63,989 nt of DNA, filler included, from Octopus bimaculoides (GCF_001194135.2; 4 parts of 3 records of this genome joined end to end with filler, not necessarily neighbours in it); one strand, 5' to 3'; positions 24,712 to 37,886 are shown, counted from the whole stretch's first letter. A program made the numbers and translations. Notes: generated from the letters alone by a model not told the origin.

Positions 24712-24763
24712 TTGTTGTTGTTGTTGGTGGTGGTGGTCGTTGTAGTAGTAGTGGTGGTGTTGG

Positions 24764-24794
<31 letters not shown>

Positions 24795-25165
24795 ATAGTA
24801 TGGTGGTGGTGGTGGTAGTTGTAGTAGTAGTAGTAGTACATTTCGTCGAAGATGTTTACTTTTTATCCCTATATCAGATCATGACTTCTCTATTACTTTC
24901 GGACATTGCCAAAATTGCGCTGTTTTATCCAATATATAATTCATATTTTTATACATCATTGTATAATTGGAAAGAGATACAGTGGCTATTATTAACAGAC
25001 GAAATGAGAAATTCTTGCTTCGTCTCGAACTTTCAATTATGTTATTGAGCTGTAGAGGAGGTTTCGTACACAGTTTCTCCCGGAAGGATGAACGGCTGTG
25101 CATGGTTATTCTGGGAAATAACGCAGAGATCTAACAATACTTGCTTTCTTCCAAATGATGTAAGT

Positions 25166-25239
<74 letters not shown>

Positions 25240-26104
25240 AAGACAGACAGACAGAGACAGAGACAGAGAGAGAGAGAAAACAAGTGAGAGTGTGGGGAGA
25301 TGCAGAAGAGTGAGGGCGGACTCGTGTGTATGTGTGCAGAGGATTTCTGAAAGCTTTTAGTGGGTCAAGGCTTTTGCATTGAATGAAATGCCTTTGCATA
25401 AAATCAACAATGAATCGATGAACCAATGAGCAACAATAGACATAATAACATATATGCCTTTGTTATTGTGGCACAAGGTCACCAGTTTCGAGGGAAGAGC
25501 ATAAGTCGATTACATCGACCCCGGTACCTGAGTGTGTACTACTATATCGATCTCGAAATAATGAAAGGCAAAGTTCACCTCGACAGGATTTCATACTTTC
25601 TATTCATAAATATGTAAAGAAAGTATAATAACAATACATGATTTTCAAAATGTCTGCAATTAGATGTATAAAGCAGAAACTGCAAAGAATACAACCCATA
25701 GATGATGAAATATTGAAGAACTTACCGAAATAATATAGCTACAAAATTTAGCAACAACTTTATACTATTATATATTATAATCGATAATAATTGATTTCTG
25801 GAAGTAATTTATTGCTTTAGAGTTATATTTATTTTTCAGTTGACATGGTCAGATATCATCGTTTGAAATGGAATCAATTACGTCGTGAAAGGGTCATCAT
25901 GGATATTAGAGAACACACAAAAAAAAAGCCTACCGAACACGTTTCGTTTATTTTTAAAATGGTATTAAATATTAGGAAGTAGTTAAGTCTTTCATCATTC
26001 ACAATTTTAATGCATCATAATTCTCTTAATTAAGATTGCACACATTCAGAAACCAGAACAAGCAGCTGAGATTCAACAGCCTACCACGAAATATATGAAT
26101 TAAT

Positions 26105-26340
26105 GATCAGGGCCTTGCAGTCATGATCGCAAGATCCTAGTTCCGATTAACTTTGTAGGCGGTAAGTTTGTCCTTCATTTAAATTTACTGTAATCTACTC
26201 AGCTGTGAAGGAATAACTCTGCGACGGACTGGCGTCGCATTTAGGAAGGATTAGTGTCATCTCGGTCGCTTATTCTCCGCCACGGGTACGGACAAAGTGG
26301 CTCCTCAGTCATAGGACTCGAGAGTAGCAATTTATTTTCT
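26105..26340 (+). mobile_element. Old SINE-like remnant, possibly with a Deu/Meta-type central domain
   Basis: CTACTCAGCTGT..CTGCGACGGACTGGCGTC..GTCGCTT resembles conserved SINE superfamily cores. Recognised from memory only. Confidence 0.4.
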
Positions 26341-27607
26341 TTACTATGGAATATAATTTTCCTGTCAATCTACTACGGCTTAAATAAGCTCTGCCATCAT
26401 GCTCCTGTAGAGGAGGACATTCCAACCGAAGGCTATTAATCCAACATGAGTATCGGATAATATCTGAAACAAGAAACCATCCAATAGATTAAACTAATAT
26501 TTTCTCGTGAACATTTCTTTTAAAAAAAGTTTTATTGTTAATTTATTTTAAAGAATGATACAACTTGAACAGATATTTTCAACTTCAACCGCAATGGGAA
26601 AGACCATCCTAGAGCAATGGCACAAGAATATGAAACGGCGTGAAGTGAAACAATTGTTGAAAGTAATTCACCGAAAGTCATTAGATTAACTCAGAGGTAA
26701 TATAAAAGGCAATTTTATAGGTGTGAGATTTGAAATCAAAATCTCACACAAATATTTTACACGGAATGAGAAACCTCTGAACCCGCAATAGTCATTTTCT
26801 TTTATATATTGATGCATTATCAGAGGATAAAAAATGTAGTTCACTAATACGACAATGGACAGTTTTACGATTATTTAAAATGGAAGTAAGATGGAGAGCT
26901 GACAGAATTGTTAGAGCGCATTCCTTCCAGATCATTACGTTTTCTGTTCAAATTTTGCCGCGACTGATTTTGGCCTTCAGAATTTCGAGATTGATAAACA
27001 AGCATCATTTAACCACTGGGGACAATGTAAATGGTTATTTCATTCACTCTAAAGTTGTGGGCATTATGCCACAATTTGAAACCGTTCCTAAAATCTAACC
27101 AGGTTTACTTACGCCATCAATCATTAACTTGTTAATTAGACTATAATGGACTTTAACAAAATTTAGAAGTCGCATTTCGTCCATTCATAAATTGTCATAT
27201 TATACAAGTAATCACTCACGCCATTCTTTCTAAATTTTTGGATATTTTAATACCTGTCCATCAAAATCTGTGTTCGATGTTCTGATGTCTTCGCTTTTTC
27301 AACTATCTAAGAAATGATGAGATGTTCCCAGCCGTATTCTCTTAAGCAAATTGACATCATGCCCTTTCTGATGCCAAATATCCTTGAAAAAGCTGTAGAA
27401 AATGTTGGCATTTCGCCCGACATGCTAACGATTCTGCCAGCTCGCAGCCTTTATATATCAAAAGGATATAAGTCTTATAATACTAGTCCACAGCCATACC
27501 AACAATCCAACATACCTCCATCATCAGCTGCCCCACGGATATCATTATGGTTTCTACACCTGAGCAGTATCATTCAATCAGGCTATGTGAACAGTGCTAT
27601 TTGTTTT

Positions 27608-27648
<41 letters not shown>

Positions 27649-28276
27649 AATACGTAAATATTCATCGAAACATATATATTAATAGGCACATAATAGGCTA
27701 TACTGGTTTCAAGTGATATGAATGTTGAGACAGTTCTGAGAGAGTTTTGAACTTATTCATATACTTATAGGATCGAACGCGTAATTACAAGAAAGTAACA
27801 TAAGCGCCAAATTTACTCAACTGTGTATGTATTAACATCGACAAGTTCAATTATTACACTAATATTATGGTACGTTTAAGAACAAAAATTTAATTCTGGA
27901 AGGAATTTTATAAAAGCAATACCAAAATACATTACTTGGAATATTTAAAAGGGCCATTACGCAATATGAGTAAATCTACTTTCAAAAATGAATTTTAAAA
28001 ATTCGTGAAAGGAAAAGACAGTATTAAAAAATGTATATATGCAAAATAGGAAGAAATGAAGCGAAGGTTATTATATAAAATATTAATATCTACCTTTAAT
28101 GTAAGGACATATGAAGTAATGGAACGTAATTGTCAAGACAGATGCACGCAGTTGTATGTGCGTGTGTGTGTGTGTTTATATATATGTGCGTGCGTGTCTT
28201 ATGCACGTATGCAGGTATGTGTGTGTGTTTGTGTGAGTGCGTATGTATATGTATATATGTATATGTGTGCATACAT

Positions 28277-28315
<39 letters not shown>

Positions 28316-29663
28316 TAGATAGATAGAGAGAAAGAGAGAGAGAGAGAGAGGGAGAGAGAGACATATATATATAAATATAATCATATGTATTTGCGTATGT
28401 ATATATGCACTTATATGTATACATAAGCATCGATAAATACACACACACATATATACATATATAACTGTGTTTATATGCATACATATATGTGTGTGTACGT
28501 GTGCGTTTGTGTGTACGTGTGCGTGTGTGTGTGCGAGAGTGTGCGTGTGCATGTGTGTGTGTGTGTGTGTGTGTGCGTGTGTGTGTGTGTTTGGCCAGAG
28601 GAAGACAGACAGAGCAAGTAAAGTGACTAAGTTTGAGAGACAAAACAGGGAGTGAAAGAGGTAATAGAAAAATGAAAATTGTGTAAGCAGCCTGGCATCG
28701 TGTTACGAAATTGAAAACGTTCTTTAATGGAGTAAGTTTTCCCACGAAAATAATTCTTGGAGCGGATCAAGTATTTTTTCCCGTCTCTCAGTTTGAACAG
28801 AGAATGTTTTTTTCCCACTATATTTGCTTGTGGAAATCTTAGAATCTCTGACATACTTGATATATTACCAAATTCCTTATTCGGATTCAGATGTTTGTTA
28901 ACCTAAAAGTTTAAATCCATTTTATTTCGCCACCTCTGACTAGTTATTATAGTATATTGACAGAAAAGACGGACTTCGGTTGCAGATTTTGAAATATTTA
29001 CGTGTCCACACTGTCACCATAGCTATGTTTGGATGTTAATTTACGCAAGAAAAGTCTGTGAGTATTTCATCTCGGCGCTGGCAGTGTGTAAAATTAAACG
29101 TATTTTGTAGTCGCGTAGAATCCATTTTCCAACTAATGTTCGTAATTGCAGTATTTCTGTTTCAGATTGCCTTACATCAAGGGTTTTTAATTTCTCAATG
29201 TTGACTAGTCCAAGTTCGAGTTGCGTCGCATGAGTTCCCTTAATATCTCCGACTATGTCAGTCCCAGTCGCAGATGTTCGTTCACAACTTCCTCATTTTG
29301 ATGACTATGGATACGACTACAAAAATTTTGTGTAATCCTTATTGAGCTATACGTTAACTGACAGTTCGTTGATAAAATGTTTTGTTGATTATACGAGCAA
29401 TTTCCGAGGACTTGTGTCCTGTTTTAAAATCTCACAAGGAAATCACTTTAATTACCTTTTTCTCACAAAGAATAAGAAAAAAAGGACAAATTAGGCATGC
29501 ATAGGTTTGGAAAACGTATAGCATAATCTGAAAAGCTGTTCTTTAAATTCTGTAGAATATGAATATGATTAAGTAAATATTCATTCTAAGTTTTAAATAG
29601 CAAAAATCAAAAATTGCCATTAATTTTATTCCAGACAATACCGATTAAATAAATTAATGTAAT

Positions 29664-30210
29664 TACGAGTTGGTATCAAAATGTCTTCAGACTACTTCTC
29701 TAGTGCGCCAACAGATGGCAACACATGGTTGCGTGAGCTGTGAGTGCTAGCACTCACCGTTATGAGGCAATACTCCGAGTGACATCGCTGTGTTTACTTT
29801 GCATGTTATAAAATATGTGTTTTTGTGATCAAGTGTAGTCTGCAACATTTTCATGGACAGGAAGTTGGAACAAAGAGCCAACGTGAAATTTTATGCTAAA
29901 CTTGGGAATTCTGCTAGAGAAACATTGAGCATGTTTCGGTATGAACCTGAGACGAATCAGCTGTCATCACAATGGAAGAACCCTTCATCTCCACGATCGA
30001 AATAACAGAATCGCAGCTCAATCAAGTGCATGCTCACCGATTGTTTTCGACATCTGCGATACTATACATCGAGAATTCGCCCCCCCCCCACCCGGGCCAA
30101 ACCGTCAATCGAAAGTTCTATTATGACGTTTTGAAGCGTTTGAGGAAGGACATTCGACGAGAGCATGGAGGATTGTATTGAATTTGTAAGTTTTTTAAAA
30201 AAATTAGATT
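29664..30210 (+). mobile_element. Internally deleted mariner transposon
   Basis: TA-CGAGTTGGTATCAAAA terminus; LEQRANVKFYAKLG..ARETL; YEPETNQLSSQWK; GQTVNRKFYYDVLKRLRKDIRR. Confidence 0.85.
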
Positions 30211-31198
30211 CGGCAAAGATTACATCGAGTAAGAACCGTAACAGATTCTAACGAACTCACCAAAATAATTGCTACACCTTTTTATTTTATTACTTTAAAG
30301 CATTGTCTATTACGAAGGCCAAATGTTTGCGCCCATATTAAAACTTACAGACTCATCATTGCTCATCGTGAGGGGTAGTTAGTTCGTTTAACAAAACGAA
30401 TTTTAACAGCATATTATCAGCACTAATATCTTGTCAATCACATGCCGATTACCCCTGCATATTCTCTTCCTATTTATCTCTATAGATAATTCAAATAGTT
30501 TGAACACAGTAAACGTAATGCAGCCCGCTTATTCCCGCATACTTCATTCTACATATCTCTAGAAAACTAATTCTAATACTTTGAGCACAATGACCCTACT
30601 GCAGACATTCTCCCTGTGTTGAACTCAGAGCTCAACAATAGACAGAATGGACATTGATGCTTCGATACATGCTGTCAAAAAATATAGCACCAATTGCTTC
30701 ATTCTTACACAAGACCACATTATAAACGAGAGGTTGTATTAATCAATAGCCAAGAGCATGGTGTTACAGCAGCACCACAAGTGTCGAGAGTCTCGAATGA
30801 ATCAATCGATGAAAATAGTCGATAAGAATTCGTTGTATTGATACTGAAAACCATTTTTAAGTCTCTGAAATTACTATTTGAAATTTAGCTGTAAAGATAT
30901 GTACGTTATACAGGTCTTCTGATATTAACATTTCCTAATCTTTACTTCAGAGTAAGAATGCTTTCAAAGAATTTTGAAAATTAACCTTCTTTATATATCT
31001 AAATACAATATCAAATTAACAAAACTATATTCTACAAGTGCAAACATGGCTGTGGGGTTAAGAAGCAGGCTTTGCAATCACATGGTCTCGGATTCAGTCC
31101 CACGGTGTGGTACAATGGGGTAGGGTATCTTAATATCACCTGAGACACATCAATGCATTGCGAGTTAATTTGATAGACTCTAATTGTGTGAAAATCAG

Positions 31199-31246
<48 letters not shown>

Positions 31247-32488
31247 TCACACACTTACATACATGCACACATACATATATATTTATGTATGTACTTATTT
31301 TATCGACTGCGAAAGGATGAAAGGCAAAGTTGACCACAGCGGAATTTGAACTCAGAACAAAATGCGGCTAAGCATTTTTCACAGCATGGACAGTGCGCCA
31401 TTGGACTACCGTCCAATGACGGAAGCGAGCGCAAATTACAGAGAAAAGAAAGAACAAATTTGCATGAATTGTCAACGAGGACTCTCTTAAAACTAAAAAG
31501 ATGTTCTGTTTTCATTGAATTTCAGTGCGTCGATTAGAGTACAGATATATTTTAAGCAAATTATGTTTCCTTTATTCCTACGTTGAAACATGAAGACAGT
31601 GGCCATTGGCATCATGCTTCCTCGTTATTAAACATTTAACATTTCATTAAATTCTTTAGAAGAACTTTTTGGTAGTTCAAGATTGTTTGTGTTCATTGGT
31701 TCTCTCGATTTCGAGTTTTCGAAAACGAAAGGCGAACATAAGCAGACATGTCCTTTTGCGCATACCGACAGCATGATGTCTTGTAGAAACAAATATACTT
31801 AAAAATTGAGAAGAAAATGTTTAAGTTGTTCTTTAACAATACCGCGATAATTATAAGCTGCAGAAGATTTTTGAAAAACGATCGCGCGAAAATTCTACTC
31901 AAACCAGAGCATCAGCTGCTGTAAATGTTCAGACATCTTTACAAGCAGTTTCATGTGAAATATTAAAAATGATTATTATTGCTTATAAATCATCAGCAGA
32001 GAATATTTATTTTTGATAATATACCTTATACGTACATACATACGTAAATACATACATACATGCGCACACGCACAAACACATGTATGTGTGAGCACGCGCG
32101 CGTGTGTGTGTGTCTGTGTATGTTTGTGTGTGCATACGTAAGCATGGTTGTCAGTATTTATACATATGTCAGTTTTCTTTAGATATATTCTTACATATAT
32201 ATGTATGTATATGTATGTATATGTGAAAATATATGCGTATTTGGTTGAATGTATGCATATATAAACATATGAGTGTATATATATATATATATATATATAT
32301 ATNNNNNNNNNNNNNNNNNNNNNNNNNNNNNNNNNNNNNNNNNNNNNNNNNNNNNNNNNNNNNNNNNNNNNNNNNNNNNNNNNNNNNNNNNNNNNNNNNN
32401 NNNNNNNNNNNNNNNNNNNNNNNNNNNNNNNNNNNNNNNNNNNNNNNNNNNNNNNNNNNNNNNNNNNNNNGATACAACCATGCTGGCA

Positions 32489-32608
32489 AAATGAGAAAAA
32501 GAAGAAGAAGAAGAAGAAGAAGAAGAAGAAGAAGAAGAAGAAGAAGAAGAAAGTGGATGATGATGATGATGATGAAGAGGAGGAGGAGGAGGAGGAGGAG
32601 GAGGAGGA
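32489..32608. repeat. (GAA)n-(GAT)n-(GAG)n compound tract
   Basis: Directly visible. Confidence 0.95.
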
Positions 32609-33533
32609 ATTGTTTGTAATTGACCATTTTTAAAGAAAGTTTTCTGGACTACCAATACCTGCTAAAATATGCAGGTCCCATTACAAACCGATTCAGGAAT
32701 TCTTCGAAAACGTATATATAAGAAAAAGAACACACATGTATCTAAAGAATATTGACAGGAAAAAGAGTAGTGCTCGATTAACATGTCAGTTAAATAGCAA
32801 ATTGTCCTTCACTCGAATTTACCAATTTTCATCCGGCGCTATAAAGATGGAATATTCGTAAAAATTTCAATTTTTTCCAGGAACTGGTAACAGAAAAGAT
32901 GAAAAGCAACAAAATTCCAGCTGAAGACCATTATGTAACTTGCTTCATTTTTTTCTGTTCCGTTTTATTTTGACATGCGCATTGTGTTTTCATTCTTCTC
33001 TGCCGTTTTACGAATTCACTGTGGACGTGCGCATTGCGTGTTCATACTTCTCTTACTGGTTCCTTCTCAAAACTATTTACAGATCACAATCATTTCACGA
33101 ACTCCAGTTTATGTGGAGCACTTCGCGCGCTGATGTTTATGAAAGAAACCTCGCATTTATTTATTGGTATATATATTAACAGTGATAATGTTTTAGATAT
33201 TTAAATAAGTTTAATTTAAACTACAAAGACATATAATTGAGCAAACGAAAAGATGCATAGTACCACCAAGAGACGAGCTCTCATTGTTATTAAAAAGAAA
33301 ACATCTTTAAAATATGACGAATTAACAACAGGAATTAATTCTTGAAGGAATATTTCATCAAACTCTTATCAAGCATATTTCGCTGACAAAAAATATATAT
33401 ACAGAAATCCACAAATTAGACATAAACATATCTTGGCATACATCTGTATGTGTTTGTGTTTATGTATGCTTGTTAGGGTTAGGGTTAGGGTTGTGCGTGT
33501 GAAGGTGTCTCTTTAGCCATTTTTATTAAAAGA

Positions 33534-34211
33534 CTAGCTGAGGTACCCGGTAAATAAGATGTCTTTTTATAACCATTAAACATTTTTCGTCAAATTTTGA
33601 TATTTTTCAAAAAATTAAAATCTATATGATTGGGTAGGACAAATTTGACGAAAAATTTAGCAGAGTCTTGTAACGAATCCGTGTTGTCGTTATTTTTGTG
33701 AATGTACGTAAAATGGCGAAATCATACGCTTTGGGGCAGATTTCGTTAAAATCATAGCACGACGGCTAATGCGTAAAATACCTAAATTTCGCTTGAGAAA
33801 TAAAATGGTCTTCCCTAATCAAAACCCGAAACGAGGGGATTTAAAACAACGAATTGAAATAAGTTTTAGCAAATCAAAACAATTCGTATTGAAATGAAGA
33901 ATTAGCAAATGCTAAATAGATTACCGTTAATAAGCTGTCTGTTTATACCAATGAAACACTTTTCGTCAAATTTCGGCATTTTTCGTCAAATTGATGTCAC
34001 GATCGCTAGTGCGAAAAATGCCGAAATTTTACGATTTTTGAAAAATCGATGCTGATTAAAAATCGATTTTTAAAAATTCCATGTGCGTAAATGACCGCAT
34101 AGGCATTAACCCTCCACATGTGTCAAGTTTCATCAAGATCTATCGGAGAGTCTCGGAGGAGTTAAAGTAACAAATTCACAAACACACAAACTTGCCATTT
34201 TTTATTATTGA
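33534..34211 (-). mobile_element. Non-autonomous Helitron
   Basis: On the minus strand A|TCAATAATAAAA...CCGGGTACCTCAGCTAG|T: 5' TC, 3' CTAG, inserted into an AT dinucleotide with no TSD. Confidence 0.8.
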
Positions 34212-35006
34212 TTAACTATCTTACAAGGAGATTTCGTTTATTAATTACATAATTGATCTCAGTTAATAGTAATGCATTTACAAACTGCATGTGTTAAGTG
34301 TTTAAGACTCCTGTCGTATTTGCATTCAGTTTGAAGCAACATCTCACCGCCATTTCAGAGTTACCTCAGACATAAAGATGGCATTCAGAATCAGTGTCAC
34401 AAATGTTGCGCTATTTTCCTTCCTATAGATATATTAGTGTAGTTAATAGATCATATAAGAATCTCTCAGAAGAGAGATGTTGTTTTCTGAAGACCTTTAC
34501 AATATACGATAGCGAATAGACATAATCGATCTTTGTGTAAAATGAGACTACATAAAGAAACAGATACAAAAATCAGTATAAAACTAAACTATTTTCCTGT
34601 TTTTGTTCAGATTTTATTTCATAGTTCCAATAAGATTTCTTGCGTAAAGGTGAATTCGTTAGACGAATATAAAATATTATTCTATAAACAAAGTGTCAAA
34701 GTTTCAGACTCAACAAGGAAAGACTACAAGTCTAAGTATTCCACTTGAGATTACCAGATTTACAATGTGTTTACTTCCATAGCATTTCTGATCAAATAGA
34801 CTAACATATGTTCAAAATTATCCTAGCGTGGCCGGTTCCTTCTCGTCGTCTTTACGTTGTGAGGTCAAATTCTGCCGAGGTCGACGTTGCCGTTCATACT
34901 TTCAGGGTCGATAAATTAAGTACCATACAGTTCTATATTTAAGAGATGAGAAATTATATACATTATTTACATTCAACGGATATTTGTCCTCGTCTTGTTT
35001 GTTGTT

Positions 35007-35052
35007 AACGCAACGTTTCAGCTGATACAGCCTCCAGCCTTCATCAGGTGTC
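35007..35052 (-). ncRNA. Minimal type-I hammerhead ribozyme motif
   Basis: GACAC-CUGAUGA-A-GGCUG(gaggcuguau)CAGCU-GAAA-CG-UU-GCGUU. Intact core, 5-bp helix II, palindromic ACGU helix III, and helix I with one mismatch. Confidence 0.65.
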
Positions 35053-35099
35053 TTGGAGAAATTTCGAATCTGGGTTCTCATTCCTAAGGTAGTTTTCGA

Positions 35100-35150
<51 letters not shown>

Positions 35151-35153
<3 letters not shown>

Positions 35154-35225
35154 CATATGGCGTTGTGGTTAAGAGCGCGGACTACTAATCCCAAGATTCT
35201 GAGTTCGATTCCAGGCAGTGACCTG
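35151..35225 (+). ncRNA. tRNA-derived (Ser-like) Pol III head of the hammerhead-bearing element; not a functional tRNA
   Basis: TGGCGTTGTGGTTAAG (A-box-like), GGACTACTAATCC (compare tRNA-Ser GGACTGCTAATCC), GAGTTCGATTCC (B box). Confidence 0.6.
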
Positions 35226-35255
35226 GATAATAATAACAACAACAACAACAACAAC

Positions 35256-35286
<31 letters not shown>

Positions 35287-35333
35287 TCGAAAAATGCCTT
35301 AGGAATGAGAACCCAGGTTCGAAATTTCCCCAA

Positions 35334-35379
35334 CACACCTCATGAAGGCCGGAGGGTGTATCAACCGAAATGTTGTGTT
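35334..35379 (+). ncRNA. Degenerate second copy of the same hammerhead
   Basis: CACAC-CUCAUGA-A-GGCCG..CAACC-GAAA-UG-UU-GUGUU. Core G5-to-C change and mismatched helix II suggest it is inactive. Confidence 0.5.
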
Positions 35380-35954
35380 AACAACAAACAAGATGAGGAC
35401 AAATATCCATCAAATGTAAATAATGTAATTAAGTACCATTTAAGTACTGGGGTCGATCTAATCGATTGGCCCCCTCCCTCAAAATTTCGGGCCTTGTGCC
35501 TAGAGTAGAAAAGATTAATACATTATGTATATGTGAGCAATATCACCCCACGCGTCATCACATTTTTGGGGAGGGTTTTCTGAGACAGTAGGGATGTAAT
35601 TGAAAATTACTCAGGTTATTTCAAGCTCTCCTCCTTCATCATACTCCAATCACTAGTATTGGAAGATATTTGAGAAGACATATTATTCCACTATCACAAG
35701 ATAGAGCAGTAAATCGACTTGAATGAAGAATGAACACCATACGATTTTTTCACTTTTTTCATCATTTCTCTTCTATTTGAGAGACCAGAATCTTTTGAGA
35801 ACATTCTGAAAAACAGCAGTAATTCATTTATAACATTTATCGGCAACCAAATATATCTCAAGAACATTTTGTTTTTTCATATTAAGATTTGATTTATATC
35901 ATATACATTCTTTCAACAAAATTAACCACGTAAATGTTATAAATATGCATACAC

Positions 35955-36265
35955 ACACACAAGAAGCTTCCTTCCCTACCACATGGTTCCTGGTTCAGTC
36001 CCACTCCGTGGCACGTTGGGCAATTGTCTTCTGCTATAGCCTCAGACCAACCAAAACTTTGTGAGTGGATTTAGTTGACGAAAACTGAAAGAAGCCCATC
36101 GTATATATATGTGTGCGTGTCTGTCTGTTTGTTTGCCCCCCCCCATTCACCGCTTTACAGCCGGCCGGTGTTGGTGTGTTTTGCTCACGCAAATAAGTTC
36201 TGGGGTCGATCTGTTCGACTAAAACCTTTCAACGCGGTGCTTCAGCATGGCTGCAGTCAAAAGAC
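35955..36265 (+). mobile_element. SINE family 1, near full length
   Basis: GCTTCC..ACCACATGGTTCCTGGTTCAGTCCCACT..GAAAACTGAAAGAAGCCC..TTCAGCATGGCTGCAGTC. Confidence 0.8.
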
Positions 36266-36322
36266 TAATACGAAAGTATACATACACACATACGTACATA
36301 CGTACATACGTACATACATACA

Positions 36323-36356
<34 letters not shown>

Positions 36357-36357
36357 C

Positions 36358-36692
36358 ACTGCCTAATTACCAATCTTCAGAAATTAGGCTTCTCAAAACC
36401 AGAAACGAGAAAGCTATCTCAAAAACTACAAGTCCAATCCATCACTGGAACTGTAATATCTGTAAAACTTTCCAAAAGTTTATTATTTAAATATATATGA
36501 GCATGTCTAGATATGAAACTATATGCATGAGAATACATATATATAAAACAAAACATACAAATCTGCACATACATACAAACAAAAATACTCTGTTGTTGAT
36601 GTTGAAATTTTAATGAAGGAGCCTTGGCCCTAGGTTAGAAGCCGGTTTTTTCTCTATTGGTAAAACATCTTGAAATAAACTGAATAGGGACA
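36358..36692 (+). mobile_element. 5'-truncated R4-like family B copy inside a (CATA)n array
   Basis: CLITNLQKLGFSKPETRKLSQKLQVQSITGTV plus 3' UTR. (CATA)n on both sides. Confidence 0.85.
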
Positions 36693-37886
36693 TTCATACA
36701 TACATACATACATACATACATACATACTACATACATACATACATACATACTACATACATTCATATAGCATCTCTCGTAGAATCTAAATAATTTGCATCTC
36801 CAAAGAACATCCCGACGTACCGGAGACAAACACAACGATTGAAGCCAGATACAATATTTATGTCGGTGTTTTTGTTGCTGGATGAATTGCGGCGGGCGTA
36901 TGCACATAGAACGCTTGCTGTGACCATTTCTTTTGGAAACGGCTTCGTAATCCTCGTTGCAGTTGTCCCTTCCTCGTATTACAGACTTTAAATTGCCTGC
37001 AGAGAATGAGGCAGCATTCATAATGTGAGTATTTTGATACCCGTCACGTATCATCATGAAGCATGTAATTTTTTTCCAATATTCAGTTGGATTCTAGTTT
37101 TCCATGTCAGCCTACTTTTTCTCGATTACAACTTTGATATATATGCTCTCCACAGCCGTTGACAAGAAGTATAGAAATAGACGCCTTGGGTGCCCGAAAG
37201 ATCACCATATTGGTTGCGTCTCCCAATAGCATATACACAAATTGCCTCTGTGCTATGAATCAATAGAACTTGCATACACTTTAAGGCTATTACATTCTAT
37301 GTAAAGCATTTCGCGTTTGAGACAATTAGTGGAAACGACATAAACACTTTTGTGTGTGCGTGTTATACTAAATATGATTGCTTATAATCTGCAAACAGTC
37401 ATATGCCAACGATGTATTTCTATTTATATAACGTTGTAGATAAAGTTATTTTTAAACGAGTGATATTTATATTCATACACTGCATATCTCTAAAACATAT
37501 CGTTAATAAAATATTATGTGAGAGTGGTAACACATTTTTTGTAATTTTCATAGATTAAAAAAAATTCTTTAGCTGAAATGTTTCTATCCATACGCACCGC
37601 CCTATCAATTACCACGCATGACTTTTGTCGTTCGACTTTGATGTCGATGTCTAGCCTATTATCATTTATTTACCTGTTTGCAAGTATCCCATAACCCCAT
37701 AGCATGGCAACATTCTCTCCACCACTGAGTGGCTGTGGACGGTGTTCATACCACATTTTAGCGTGCGGGACAGTATAGTAACAAGTACTGGGCACCTCGA
37801 TGTACACATACACACACACGCGCGTATGTATATATATTTATTTACATTTATATAAATGAATATAATAATAATAACAACAATAATAA

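Larger units (their letters stand above)
34840..35520 (+). mobile_element. Family-2 SINE split by a 501-bp insertion (34926-35426)
   Basis: SINE sequence stops at AATTAAGTACCA (34914-34925) and resumes after the same 12-mer (35427-35438) with ..TACTGGGGTCGAT..GGCCTTGTGCCTAG. Confidence 0.85.

Noticed and set aside
24485-24841. GC-richer ORF as a candidate Hhex exon 1
   Set aside because: Degenerate AGT/GGT/AGC microsatellite with no eh1 or other Hhex motif.
35151-35225. Functional tRNA-Ser gene
   Set aside because: Acceptor stem and variable arm do not form. It is better explained as a SINE-type head.
36770-37060. Minus-strand 140-aa ORF with a possible CTGCAG acceptor and GTACGT donor
   Set aside because: No recognisable homology. 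The donor would be phase 0, incompatible with the phase-1 Hhex acceptor, and the frame runs into a microsatellite.
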